Sequence record: PQ015378.1
Strand: one strand, 5' to 3'
Length of the DNA: 64,000 nucleotides
Shown here: positions 47,173-55,681 of the stretch, one piece after another
How the letters are laid out: every line of letters starts with the position of its first letter
Position numbering within the stretch: the stretch's first letter is position 1
Position numbers and translations under genes: made by a program
The notes under the pieces: model-generated
Seen by the model: only the letters and a program-made list of their open reading frames with translations
The model's database searches: none
Told to the model about the DNA's origin: nothing

Positions 47173-47266
47173 GTCCAGGGATTGGGGTCCCTAGTGGGCC
47201 CCTTCCTACAATTTTCTTTTTATGCCGCTTCAACTTTATTTCTGAACCAAACTAGGAGACAACACC

Positions 47267-47599
47267 ATGGGCTTTAAAACAGAACTCGCTTTGAAGGTAG
47301 GTGGCAAGGCACTGGCTGCAGCTGCCTGCATCTACATCGTTCACGTAACCGCACCAGTCGGTGGCATCAATCATGGCATCGCTGAGGTCAAACAGAACTG
47401 GCAGAAATCTCCAGCTCTGCAGTCGGTAACCGATCGTTACCTGGCAAAGAAGATCACTCGTGAACAGTGGGTAGTTGAGTGTCATACCACTCAAGCCAAA
47501 CAAGCTTGGTTGAACCTGTCCACCCAATACCCGAAACACCACAAGATCCTTTCCCAGAAAATTAAATCCACTTGGCCAGCTGCGGAGGCATGGGCATGA
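47267..47599 (+). CDS. Membrane-anchored hypothetical protein
   Basis: AGGAG SD; N-terminal hydrophobic segment. Confidence 0.65.
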   Translation: MGFKTELALKVGGKALAAAACIYIVHVTAPVGGINHGIAEVKQNWQKSPALQSVTDRYLAKKITREQWVVECHTTQAKQAWLNLSTQYPKHHKILSQKIKSTWPAAEAWA

Positions 47600-47742
47600 A
47601 AATCGTTAGCATTCTTTTCGCAATCGCAGTTGGTGTAACCTTCGCGATCAAACACTTCGAAGAACCAGTTGGGTCCGTATCCAACTCGTTCTGCGGTTCC
47701 CCAGACAAGCACTGCACCACTTTCACTTACGAGGTAAACTAA
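47596..47742 (+). CDS. Small signal-peptide-containing protein with two Cys
   Basis: GGAGG SD; ATGA coupling; 48 aa translated by hand. Confidence 0.55.
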   Translation: MKIVSILFAIAVGVTFAIKHFEEPVGSVSNSFCGSPDKHCTTFTYEVN

Positions 47743-48048
47743 ATGGCCGTGATCACCGCACTCCCAACTCCAGAGCAAGTTTGGCCTGTAGTTCCTAAAG
47801 GCAAGCATCAGAAGTTGATGCAACAAGTTGCCAAGGCCATGATGTTCCCTGACAACCAACCCGGCTGGCGCATTGCTGGCCGACAAGAACGCGGGTTCAA
47901 TGTCCGCTTGCAAGGTGTTGTATCCCACGAGGATGTCCGCCTGATCGAACCAGCCCTGATGGTTTCGGGCTGGTACCTGCGTCAAATCAAATACCGCGCT
48001 GGCAACACCTACCTGTGCCTGGTAGATGCCGCAACCATGAACAAATGA
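47743..48048 (+). CDS. Hypothetical protein
   Basis: GAGG SD; abuts the previous stop. Confidence 0.65.
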   Translation: MAVITALPTPEQVWPVVPKGKHQKLMQQVAKAMMFPDNQPGWRIAGRQERGFNVRLQGVVSHEDVRLIEPALMVSGWYLRQIKYRAGNTYLCLVDAATMNK

Positions 48049-48062
48049 AAAGGAGTAATGCC

Positions 48063-48569
48063 ATGATTCAATTCAAACCAGAAGCGCTGCAGTTGGTCCT
48101 GGATGCAAACGCGTTCGTGGGTGGTAACAAGTTCGATGGGCATTATCACAATGTCCTGAAGTTCATGGGTGAGAACCATCCTGACTTCTTCGACGGAGTT
48201 AACGTGGTGCCAGACGACGGCGATGATCTGTCGTCGTGGCGTCAATGGCGCGCTTACCTGCGCGCTATGATCCAGCGTGGGGCAAAGTTCGAGGTCGCCA
48301 ATACTCGTTCGTACTGGTTCGTGCACGAGATGGAAATCGAAGTCGGCTTCACGAAGCATCGGGCTATCTGCCTGGAGTACGTCAGCCAGTACGGCGATGT
48401 GTTCACTGGCCATGGTTCCGAGTACTACCCAATCGGTGCGTACACGGCAGTAATGGCAGCACTCACGCATCGGGTGAAGCATGGCATGACCATCACCCCA
48501 ACCACCATGGGTTTCCAATCGGTAATCGATGCAGAAGCCATGGCCGAAATCTACAAGGACGAAGTATGA
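48063..48569 (+). CDS. Hypothetical protein
   Basis: AAGGAG SD before MIQFKPEA. Confidence 0.7.
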   Translation: MIQFKPEALQLVLDANAFVGGNKFDGHYHNVLKFMGENHPDFFDGVNVVPDDGDDLSSWRQWRAYLRAMIQRGAKFEVANTRSYWFVHEMEIEVGFTKHRAICLEYVSQYGDVFTGHGSEYYPIGAYTAVMAALTHRVKHGMTITPTTMGFQSVIDAEAMAEIYKDEV

Positions 48570-48814
48570 ACGACGTAGCCATCCTGTTCCAGCTTTCCAC
48601 CCTGATTGCAAACTTGGCGTTGTTACATTACGTCGTCAAGATCAATCAGGCTTTGTCCAAACCAAAGTGTCAACACGACTGGACCATCATTGACACCAGC
48701 CCGATCATGCGCCGGTACGAACACTGGCCTGAACCCAAACGGGTAGGTGAAGTCCATACCCTGCAGTGCACTCACTGTGGAGACCTCAAAAAGAAAAAGG
48801 TGTCAATAGACTGA
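48566..48814 (+). CDS. Membrane-anchored Zn-ribbon protein
   Basis: N-terminal TM, CQHDW...CTHCG; ATGA coupling. Confidence 0.65.
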   Translation: MNDVAILFQLSTLIANLALLHYVVKINQALSKPKCQHDWTIIDTSPIMRRYEHWPEPKRVGEVHTLQCTHCGDLKKKKVSID

Positions 48815-49038
48815 TGGAAATCATTGTCGGTTGTGCCCTAGTAGCAATAGGGCTACTGGGGTTAGGGCTGGGGTTGTTGGCTTATGTCAATCGTACCCCA
48901 AGCTGTAACTGTGGGGTTGAGTGGGAGGTCATCGACAAGATCGGTGTCTACTCCAAACGGCTCCAGATGAACGAAGCCATCATCTACGTTCGTCAGTGTC
49001 CACAATGCAAGCTCATCCACCAACAGAAGGTCATGTAA
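48814..49038 (+). CDS. Membrane-anchored Zn-ribbon protein
   Basis: N-terminal TM, CNCGVEW...CPQC; TGATG coupling. Confidence 0.65.
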   Translation: MEIIVGCALVAIGLLGLGLGLLAYVNRTPSCNCGVEWEVIDKIGVYSKRLQMNEAIIYVRQCPQCKLIHQQKVM

Positions 49039-49358
49039 TGATTACCCTCAACGCTTTCGGTCTGTCCCTGATTGTAATGCTGGTTGTTGCAATCTGGTTC
49101 GTGCTGACTCTGATCCACCTGATCAAGCTTCAGCGTGGTCTGGAGCATCACAAACTCCACAATGATCCACACATCTCGTGGTACATGAACTTCGGCTGCG
49201 TGTCGTCACTGGTCTTCAAAGTACTGGTGTTCGTGATCGCTTTCTGTGTGATGGTCGCAAATGATCCTTCCAGTCCTTCCAACAAGCTGAAGGAAGAGGT
49301 CAAGTATCACCAGATCGAAGAGAAGCTGACCATCATTCCGGTGGAGCCTAAGAAATGA
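49038..49358 (+). CDS. Two-TM membrane protein
   Basis: TAATG coupling; two hydrophobic segments. Confidence 0.65.
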   Translation: MITLNAFGLSLIVMLVVAIWFVLTLIHLIKLQRGLEHHKLHNDPHISWYMNFGCVSSLVFKVLVFVIAFCVMVANDPSSPSNKLKEEVKYHQIEEKLTIIPVEPKK

Positions 49359-49591
49359 CTGTAACCCTTTCCCCTGCAGCTCTGTGTTTGATCGCTGCTG
49401 GTATGTTTGGGTTCTTCATGTTCCTGGCAATGTACCACAGCTTGAAGCTGCGCCTGCTCGTGGATAAACACCACGATTTCATCCGTGTACCGACATTGCG
49501 ATACCACTTCATGTGGACAACAATGTTGGCTGTAATACCTCTAGGGATGATTGCAACAGCCTTCTGCTTCTGTGCTCTTCGTTACCTCTAG
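49355..49591 (+). CDS. Two-TM membrane protein
   Basis: ATGA coupling; two hydrophobic segments. Confidence 0.65.
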   Translation: MTVTLSPAALCLIAAGMFGFFMFLAMYHSLKLRLLVDKHHDFIRVPTLRYHFMWTTMLAVIPLGMIATAFCFCALRYL

Positions 49592-49672
49592 GAAGAAATA
49601 CTCCTCCCCCATACCTAATGTAGAGGTCACTGACTAAAAGCATCGGATGGGGGCTTTTTATCGTATTAATTA

Positions 49673-49706
49673 GGAGTATAGCTAAGGCTATACTCCATCC
49701 TTTTTC
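49673..49706 (+). terminator. Terminator-like hairpin GGAGTATAGC-TAAG-GCTATACTCC plus T run
   Basis: Perfect 10-bp stem followed by ATCCTTTTT. Confidence 0.6.
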
Positions 49707-49731
49707 TTATTCAACCACCAGGAGTTAACCC

Positions 49732-51183
49732 ATGTCCGTCGTACAAGTTCCAAAGACCCTGCCGAACAATGATGTTCAAGAAATGATGAAAGAACTCCGT
49801 AACTATCAGGAAGCTGGTAATTACATCACCGCTTACCTCATCGGACCTCGTGGCGAACAGTTCGTTTACTACAGTCGTGAGTTCCATGGTCTTACTGACC
49901 ACATGCTCAAGATCTCGGATTCATTCCGAATGTTCGAAGGACGTATGCCAGTCGATTACTACGAAGAGTTCATCCTGGGAATCATTGTCCCAGCAGCGCT
50001 GCGTTTCAAAGACAGGAACTACGCCTCGGGATACGAGCTTAACGAATTCCGTTTGCTCATCAAAGCTACCATCGGTGGTGACATCCGGTTCGAGTACAAC
50101 TTGCAAGACACCCGCGAGATGATCACGGGTAAGAACAAGCTGGTCGAACCAATCCAAGTACCATTCGACATCGACACTGGTACCTGGAATCACATTACCA
50201 AACGCATGGGTTCCAAAGCCAAGGACTACGTGTCCATCGGTTTCTATGTGGATGGTCAGCACTACATCATGCAAGACTGGAACCACTTCCGTGCAACTAC
50301 CCAAACCAATGAAGCAACCCGTGTATGGCGTAAGTCCCATCCAAATTGGGTCGACTTCATGCAAGACTGGGTAACCCCACGAGTGCACGAGTTTGTTGCT
50401 GGTCTGAATCGTGGTGGTCATAAAGGACCGCAGTCGATCCGCATGAACCTGGGTGTGTGCGGCACTAACGCGATCATCTCTACCTTCGAGCTGTCACTAC
50501 CGGGCTCCCGTATTGATGTGGGTGATGTTGCTGCCATGGTAGATCTGCGCCAAGCGGTGGGATTAAATACCGGTGTCGACCATGGTTATGTACTGGCTTA
50601 TTATATCCACCAGGATGGTAGCCGACATATCCTGGGTCAAGCAGGCATGATTGACATGACTGGTACCGATGCATCCACTCACCCGAAAGCACTCGTATTC
50701 AATACCGAGTGTTCGCGTTGGGCTGAACATCTGGATGGCATCCGCAACTCGTGCCTGAACCATGCCGTAAGTCGTTGCCAAACCTACCGTCTCCAGAACA
50801 TCCGCATCTGCTTCATCGATGCCATCACCTCAGCGGGTGTACCAGGCTGTCCTGATATCATCATCGACACCAATGCCAAAAAGGCAATGCCAAAGCCTGA
50901 CGATTATGTGAAGGCCGATTCCAACGAAGGAGCCAAAGAGCTCCTGCTCGGACAGATCATCGAACAGATGAATGAGCAAAAAGGTAAGGAGCTTCGCAAG
51001 CTCGCTTATGGTCAGGGTCTGGTTGTTCACGTGACCTACAAAGCCGGTGCACCAATGCCGACCTCTGACATCCTGTTGTACCTCAGTGACAAGCTTCGCG
51101 AGAATGGCTGGTTCATGCATTTCGATCCAGAACCATCCGAAACTCGACCACTGGTGTTCATGCTGTACCCTATCTCCAAGTAA
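49732..51183 (+). CDS. Hypothetical multidomain protein
   Basis: 483 aa; AGGAG SD. Confidence 0.75.
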   Translation: MSVVQVPKTLPNNDVQEMMKELRNYQEAGNYITAYLIGPRGEQFVYYSREFHGLTDHMLKISDSFRMFEGRMPVDYYEEFILGIIVPAALRFKDRNYASGYELNEFRLLIKATIGGDIRFEYNLQDTREMITGKNKLVEPIQVPFDIDTGTWNHITKRMGSKAKDYVSIGFYVDGQHYIMQDWNHFRATTQTNEATRVWRKSHPNWVDFMQDWVTPRVHEFVAGLNRGGHKGPQSIRMNLGVCGTNAIISTFELSLPGSRIDVGDVAAMVDLRQAVGLNTGVDHGYVLAYYIHQDGSRHILGQAGMIDMTGTDASTHPKALVFNTECSRWAEHLDGIRNSCLNHAVSRCQTYRLQNIRICFIDAITSAGVPGCPDIIIDTNAKKAMPKPDDYVKADSNEGAKELLLGQIIEQMNEQKGKELRKLAYGQGLVVHVTYKAGAPMPTSDILLYLSDKLRENGWFMHFDPEPSETRPLVFMLYPISK

Positions 51184-51200
51184 CCAAAAGGAAAACTGCA

Positions 51201-51674
51201 ATGCTTCTGACTAACTGGATTCGTGGCCTGGGCAAAGAACGTGCGCGTGATGTTGTCATGGCAGCTGAAATCTACAAGTTGCAAACTGCGGCTCGTACCC
51301 TGCGGCACATGCTGCTGTCGAACGAGTACAAAGGCGGCTTCATGTGCTGTGACCTCATGATGTCCACTACTGTTCCAGTGGAAGATGCTCAGCTGACCTG
51401 CATGGTCATTGCTGACAATATCAACCGCTCCGGTACTCTGGTCGGCTACCTTCTGCAGAACGCGAAGCACTACCCAAATGCTGAAGGTGGTTACGACATG
51501 CCATACGCGTACCACCGCCCGGTTCATGAAGACTACAACTTCATGGCCGACCACATCATGCGTACTGGTGACCTGGAAAACGAGATCGCTCGTATCCTGC
51601 TGTCTAACTGGTACTGGAAACTGATCGCACGTCTGGAAAAGCGTGCAACTGAAATGTTGGAGTGCAGCAAATGA
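51201..51674 (+). CDS. Hypothetical protein (paralogue of 51671)
   Basis: ILLSNWYW motif. Confidence 0.7.
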   Translation: MLLTNWIRGLGKERARDVVMAAEIYKLQTAARTLRHMLLSNEYKGGFMCCDLMMSTTVPVEDAQLTCMVIADNINRSGTLVGYLLQNAKHYPNAEGGYDMPYAYHRPVHEDYNFMADHIMRTGDLENEIARILLSNWYWKLIARLEKRATEMLECSK

Positions 51675-52174
51675 TCGACGTAATCAAAAACAAGCTTATC
51701 GAACTGGGCCTCATCAAGTCCGAGTTCCGCAAGAACATTGAGCAGGCAATGCATGATCTGGAGCTGGCTGCTGATACCATGCAGCACTTGATCATGTCGG
51801 GTCGTTACGCTGGGCGTCAGATGTGCCTGGTCGCTGTACGTGCTGCTCGTGACGGCGACATCACGCGTGAAGCCTACCACGCCGTGCTGGATCACATGAC
51901 CCAACGCATCGGCCATAACGAAAGCCTGCATCCATGGCTGCGCGGCCGTGTAGAGAAAGGCACCCACGAACATGCAGAGTTGATGCGCACTGGTCAGCTC
52001 AGCATCATCAAAGTCGGTCGTCAGACCATGGCCCAGCTGGACAAAGATCCAGAACTTAGCCTGGACTGGCTCGACACTCGAATCATTCTCACCAACTGGT
52101 ACTGGCGTGAAATCCGCGCAATGCGTGACATGGCAGCTAGCTACCGGAGGGACCTGAAAACCATGAACTGGTAA
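51671..52174 (+). CDS. Hypothetical protein (paralogue of 51201)
   Basis: IILTNWYW motif; ATGA coupling. Confidence 0.7.
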   Translation: MIDVIKNKLIELGLIKSEFRKNIEQAMHDLELAADTMQHLIMSGRYAGRQMCLVAVRAARDGDITREAYHAVLDHMTQRIGHNESLHPWLRGRVEKGTHEHAELMRTGQLSIIKVGRQTMAQLDKDPELSLDWLDTRIILTNWYWREIRAMRDMAASYRRDLKTMNW

Positions 52175-52183
52175 AGGAGTTCT

Positions 52184-52723
52184 ATGCACCCACTCGTCGC
52201 CCAGGCAGAGACCTTCTGCCTTGCCGCACATGCGGCTGTAGGCCAACTGCGCAAGTACACCAATAAAGATTACCACACCCATCCATTCGCGGTGCGTGAT
52301 CGCCTGAAAGCTGCACTGGGTGATCGCTGTACTCCGGAGATGGAGTGTGGTGCTCTGTTGCACGATGTTATCGAGGACACGTCTGTCAAACGGCGTATCA
52401 TCCTCGATACCTTCGGGTTTGAAGTTCTGCGTATCGTCATGGGGCTTTCCGATAGCTCCACCAAAGATGACGGTAGCCGTAAACATCGGAAGGCTATCGA
52501 CCGGGCTCACATTGCTAACCAGCCGTGGGATGTCCAAACCATCAAGGCCTGTGACCTCATCGACAACATGGAATCGATCGAGAAACATGACCTGGGTTTC
52601 GCTAAGGTATACGTACCTGAGAAGCGACTGATCCTGGATGTGCTGGTTCGAGCCGAACCCAAGCTGTTGGAACGTTGCTGGCAATTGGTAACCGACTTCG
52701 AGAAGAAGCACGGGACTGAATAA
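52184..52723 (+). CDS. HD-domain hydrolase, SpoT/Mesh1-like (p)ppGpp hydrolase family
   Basis: GQLRKY...YHTHP, ALLHDVIEDT and IKACDLIDN motifs. Confidence 0.85.
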   Translation: MHPLVAQAETFCLAAHAAVGQLRKYTNKDYHTHPFAVRDRLKAALGDRCTPEMECGALLHDVIEDTSVKRRIILDTFGFEVLRIVMGLSDSSTKDDGSRKHRKAIDRAHIANQPWDVQTIKACDLIDNMESIEKHDLGFAKVYVPEKRLILDVLVRAEPKLLERCWQLVTDFEKKHGTE

Positions 52724-52726
52724 ACT

Positions 52727-52751
52727 GCCTCCCTTCGGGGAGGCTTTATTT
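52727..52751 (+). terminator. Intrinsic terminator
   Basis: GCCTCCC-TTCG-GGGAGGC-TTTATTT. Confidence 0.8.
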
Positions 52752-52769
52752 CGCATCAAGGAGATAATC

Positions 52770-53480
52770 GTGGGTACTCACATCAACACTCGTTTCCAGG
52801 CTCTCGTTAAACAACCGGACGGGACCATGCAGTTCGAAGACATCTCGTCCAATTACGACGAGCGTCAACACTACAACCTGTTCGCCTGGTTGAACGATGT
52901 CCGTAACTACAACGGTATCACACCGATCGCAGATACCTGGCGTGACTGCCCTCCTGATCTCCTGCACCTGGATTCGTATGATCGGCCAGGCCATTGGTTA
53001 CTGGGTTCCGAGATCATGGACGCTGTTGATCGTATCCATCCGGTAACTGAATCGGGCATGGTCCATACCTGGAACAAGCCGAAGTTCAATGAAGAACCCG
53101 ATGGTTACTCCCGTGGTTCTAACGTCCACGATCCCCTGACTGCCAAAGACGACGTTATCCGCCGTGATACCGGCTACGCGCAACGGGCGTGGGAGGAGTG
53201 CTGTAACTACAAGCGCATCGACCACCGTTGCAGTGGTGGTAAGTGGGTATGGAAGAACGGCTGTTCTACCTGGACTGGTCCAAAGAACAAACGTGCTGCA
53301 CCAGAGAAGTACCGCAAGAAGATGCGAAAGTACGCTGAACGCGTCGGTCGCTTCGAATACCGTCACACCTGGGTGATCTCTCCTAGCCAGCGCCGGGAAG
53401 AGTTCGCTTATTTCATCAAGGAAATCGCCTCGCTCATGAAAGAGCATGGTGAGATCCGTATGCTCATGAACTTCGGTTGA
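52770..53480 (+). CDS. Conserved phage hypothetical protein
   Basis: MGTHI...YNLFAWLNDVRN...ITPI...PPD pattern seen in many phage proteins. Confidence 0.7.
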   Translation: MGTHINTRFQALVKQPDGTMQFEDISSNYDERQHYNLFAWLNDVRNYNGITPIADTWRDCPPDLLHLDSYDRPGHWLLGSEIMDAVDRIHPVTESGMVHTWNKPKFNEEPDGYSRGSNVHDPLTAKDDVIRRDTGYAQRAWEECCNYKRIDHRCSGGKWVWKNGCSTWTGPKNKRAAPEKYRKKMRKYAERVGRFEYRHTWVISPSQRREEFAYFIKEIASLMKEHGEIRMLMNFG

Positions 53481-53490
53481 GGATAACCAC

Positions 53491-53883
53491 ATGCGTAAAC
53501 GTAATAACAATACCATCCAGTCGATCATCATTCGTCGTAAGAATGACCCACTGGTAAAACTCCATACCGAATTCTGGTATGGTTCGTGCTTCCAGGAACG
53601 TGGTTCGTTCTTCGTGTCGGAAGAACCGTACTTCCGTCCGTGGCGCGACAGCATCATCAGCCGTAGCGGTGCATGGTGGTTCAAAGGCCTTGATGCTAAA
53701 GGCCAGACCATCGAGTTCTCCCTCGGTGACATGGGCGTACCTGGCTACGCCTATGACGATCGCCCTAACCTCTTCTGCCTGACGGAGGAAGAAGGTGATA
53801 TCAGGGCGGAGGAGCACCGACAGTGGTTGGATCGTGTTCAGGAGGAAGATCCGAACTACGGCCTGTACGACGACTACTGGTGA
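53491..53883 (+). CDS. Hypothetical protein
   Basis: GAGGA SD. Confidence 0.65.
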   Translation: MRKRNNNTIQSIIIRRKNDPLVKLHTEFWYGSCFQERGSFFVSEEPYFRPWRDSIISRSGAWWFKGLDAKGQTIEFSLGDMGVPGYAYDDRPNLFCLTEEEGDIRAEEHRQWLDRVQEEDPNYGLYDDYW

Positions 53884-53890
53884 GTTGTAA

Positions 53891-53916
53891 CCCTCCCTTC
53901 GGGGAGGGCTTTATTT
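53891..53916 (+). terminator. Intrinsic terminator
   Basis: CCCTCCC-TTCG-GGGAGGG-CTTTATTT. Confidence 0.75.
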
Positions 53917-53945
53917 CCTGTATTGATTTAACTTTGTTTAAGAAC

Positions 53946-53963
53946 TACATTACCATCGTGACT
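53946..53963 (+). promoter_or_regulatory. Early promoter variant TACATTACCATCGTGACT
   Basis: Degenerate copy of the repeated motif, preceded by TTTAAG, just after a terminator. Confidence 0.55.
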
Positions 53964-53981
53964 AACATAAGGAATAAAACC

Positions 53982-54509
53982 ATGTATCTGAATCAAACTG
54001 AAAAGTTCTACAAGATCTACTCCGAGTCCCTGGGCTGGTACAACGGCACCAAGTTCACGAAGGATCCTTTCGTCGTTGCGTTCGACATTCCGGCTTATCC
54101 CAAGAAGAAAGCGGATGACATGATGTTCGCTCTCTATCGTGGCCTGCCATACGAACTGGTGCATAACGGCAACCAGATCATCCTCGGCAAGTTCGATAAC
54201 TGGTGCGCTGTGGACCAGGTCAACCAAGAATGGCGTGAAGTGGAAGTTGAGCTGCAATACGCTCCAGGCTACCGCATCCTGCCGTTCGGTACGGAAGAGA
54301 TCGTAATCCAGATCTCTACCAAGTCTGTTCACAACTACTACGACGTGCACGTCGCCGGTAACAAGATCGTGAAGGTTATCCAATACTTCTTTGGTGAGAA
54401 AACCGAAGTGGATACCCTTATGTTCGAGATCGACAACCCAGTCGGTAAGTTCTTCAAGCTCACTGATCGTAAAGCCAACCTCTCCGCTCGCATCAACAAG
54501 GAAGCTTAA
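53982..54509 (+). CDS. Hypothetical protein
   Basis: AAGGA SD before MYLNQTEK. Confidence 0.7.
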   Translation: MYLNQTEKFYKIYSESLGWYNGTKFTKDPFVVAFDIPAYPKKKADDMMFALYRGLPYELVHNGNQIILGKFDNWCAVDQVNQEWREVEVELQYAPGYRILPFGTEEIVIQISTKSVHNYYDVHVAGNKIVKVIQYFFGEKTEVDTLMFEIDNPVGKFFKLTDRKANLSARINKEA

Positions 54510-54511
54510 TC

Positions 54512-55000
54512 ATGGATACCAAGACCCACAAGTTCAACCACCGCATCCTGGATCACCTCAACACCGGCTTCAACGTGTACAGCCCAGCGATCCAGTGGGC
54601 TATCAAGAATACCCTCAACGAGCGTGGTGATGAAGTCCTGATCATTCCGATGATCAACCCAGCGATGCTCAGCTTCGAATACACCATCAACTACAAAGAT
54701 GCCACCGTGACCTGCGAGATGTTCATGGCAGGTATCGAAGGTGCAGTGATGTCGAACACCAAGAAGCTGCCTTGCACCGAAGGCGGCCCTGTGGTAATCG
54801 AGTCAGTGATGGGTACCGTACGTCGCATCGAAGAAGAGCGTCCTGAACAAGCTCGCATCGGTGCAGCTGCTGGTGTGGTGCAGGTCCTCGAAGACCTGTG
54901 CTGCCAACACCTGCAATACCAGATCGACAAGATCAAGAACCGTGCCTACGAGAACAACCTCTGGGCCGATCGTTATCAGCTGACCTACAAGGAGGACTGA
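54512..55000 (+). CDS. Hypothetical protein
   Basis: Strong codon bias; AAGGA SD. Confidence 0.7.
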   Translation: MDTKTHKFNHRILDHLNTGFNVYSPAIQWAIKNTLNERGDEVLIIPMINPAMLSFEYTINYKDATVTCEMFMAGIEGAVMSNTKKLPCTEGGPVVIESVMGTVRRIEEERPEQARIGAAAGVVQVLEDLCCQHLQYQIDKIKNRAYENNLWADRYQLTYKED

Positions 55001-55001
55001 A

Positions 55002-55286
55002 ATGTCCCACAAGCTCGGCAAGCGCAAGTTCCGTCAGATCTACGGCGACATCACCCGTCAGGAAGGTGTCGACCAGATGGTCGATGCCACCAACCAGTAC
55101 TGGTCGAACATCAACAACGCCGCGCTCGGCTTCCACTACAAAGGTGAGAAGTTCCGCAACTTCAAGAAGGGTACGGCCAAGTGGAAACTCGGAGAGAAGC
55201 TGGAGCGTTATCTGGATCTCGCACTGAACTTCCCGCGTCTGCCCAAGAACCAGAAACTCGTCGCCCTCAAAATCGTAGGTGAGTAA
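55002..55286 (+). CDS. Small basic protein (paralogue of 55289)
   Basis: MSHKLGKRKFRQIYG start; GGAGG SD. Confidence 0.7.
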   Translation: MSHKLGKRKFRQIYGDITRQEGVDQMVDATNQYWSNINNAALGFHYKGEKFRNFKKGTAKWKLGEKLERYLDLALNFPRLPKNQKLVALKIVGE

Positions 55287-55288
55287 CC

Positions 55289-55681
55289 ATGTGCCATAAA
55301 CTCGGAAAGAAAAAGCTCAAGCAGATCTTCGGCAACCAATACGGTATCGACCTGCGTCGTGACAAAGAAGGCAAGATCCGCCGTAACCGTTGGGGTCGTC
55401 GTATGGGTACCAACTACATGTCCAAGATCCTGGCGGCGTGGCAGGGCCTGGATCGTAAGTTCATGCCCGACCAGAACAACAATGGTTACAAACTGACCAA
55501 AGCCAAACGCAAGCAATTGGTTAAGCTGGACAACCTGTACATCTACGGTCAGGCTCACCAGCGTCGCTTCACCTCCACCGAGCGTAAGAAGCGTATCGTC
55601 CACCTGGAACGCAACAACGTCTGCCGGGTACTCCGCAACGTAGACATGGCAATCCCACCACATCAACAGGAATCCGTATAA
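55289..55681 (+). CDS. Small basic protein (paralogue of 55002)
   Basis: MCHKLGKKKLKQIFG start. Confidence 0.7.
   Translation: MCHKLGKKKLKQIFGNQYGIDLRRDKEGKIRRNRWGRRMGTNYMSKILAAWQGLDRKFMPDQNNNGYKLTKAKRKQLVKLDNLYIYGQAHQRRFTSTERKKRIVHLERNNVCRVLRNVDMAIPPHQQESV

Noticed and set aside
49606-49653. Twister ribozyme or SAM-II/preQ1 riboswitch identity for the structured leader
   Set aside because: Only superficial matches (UAA, AAAAG); conserved core nucleotides are missing, so it is kept as an unnamed structure.
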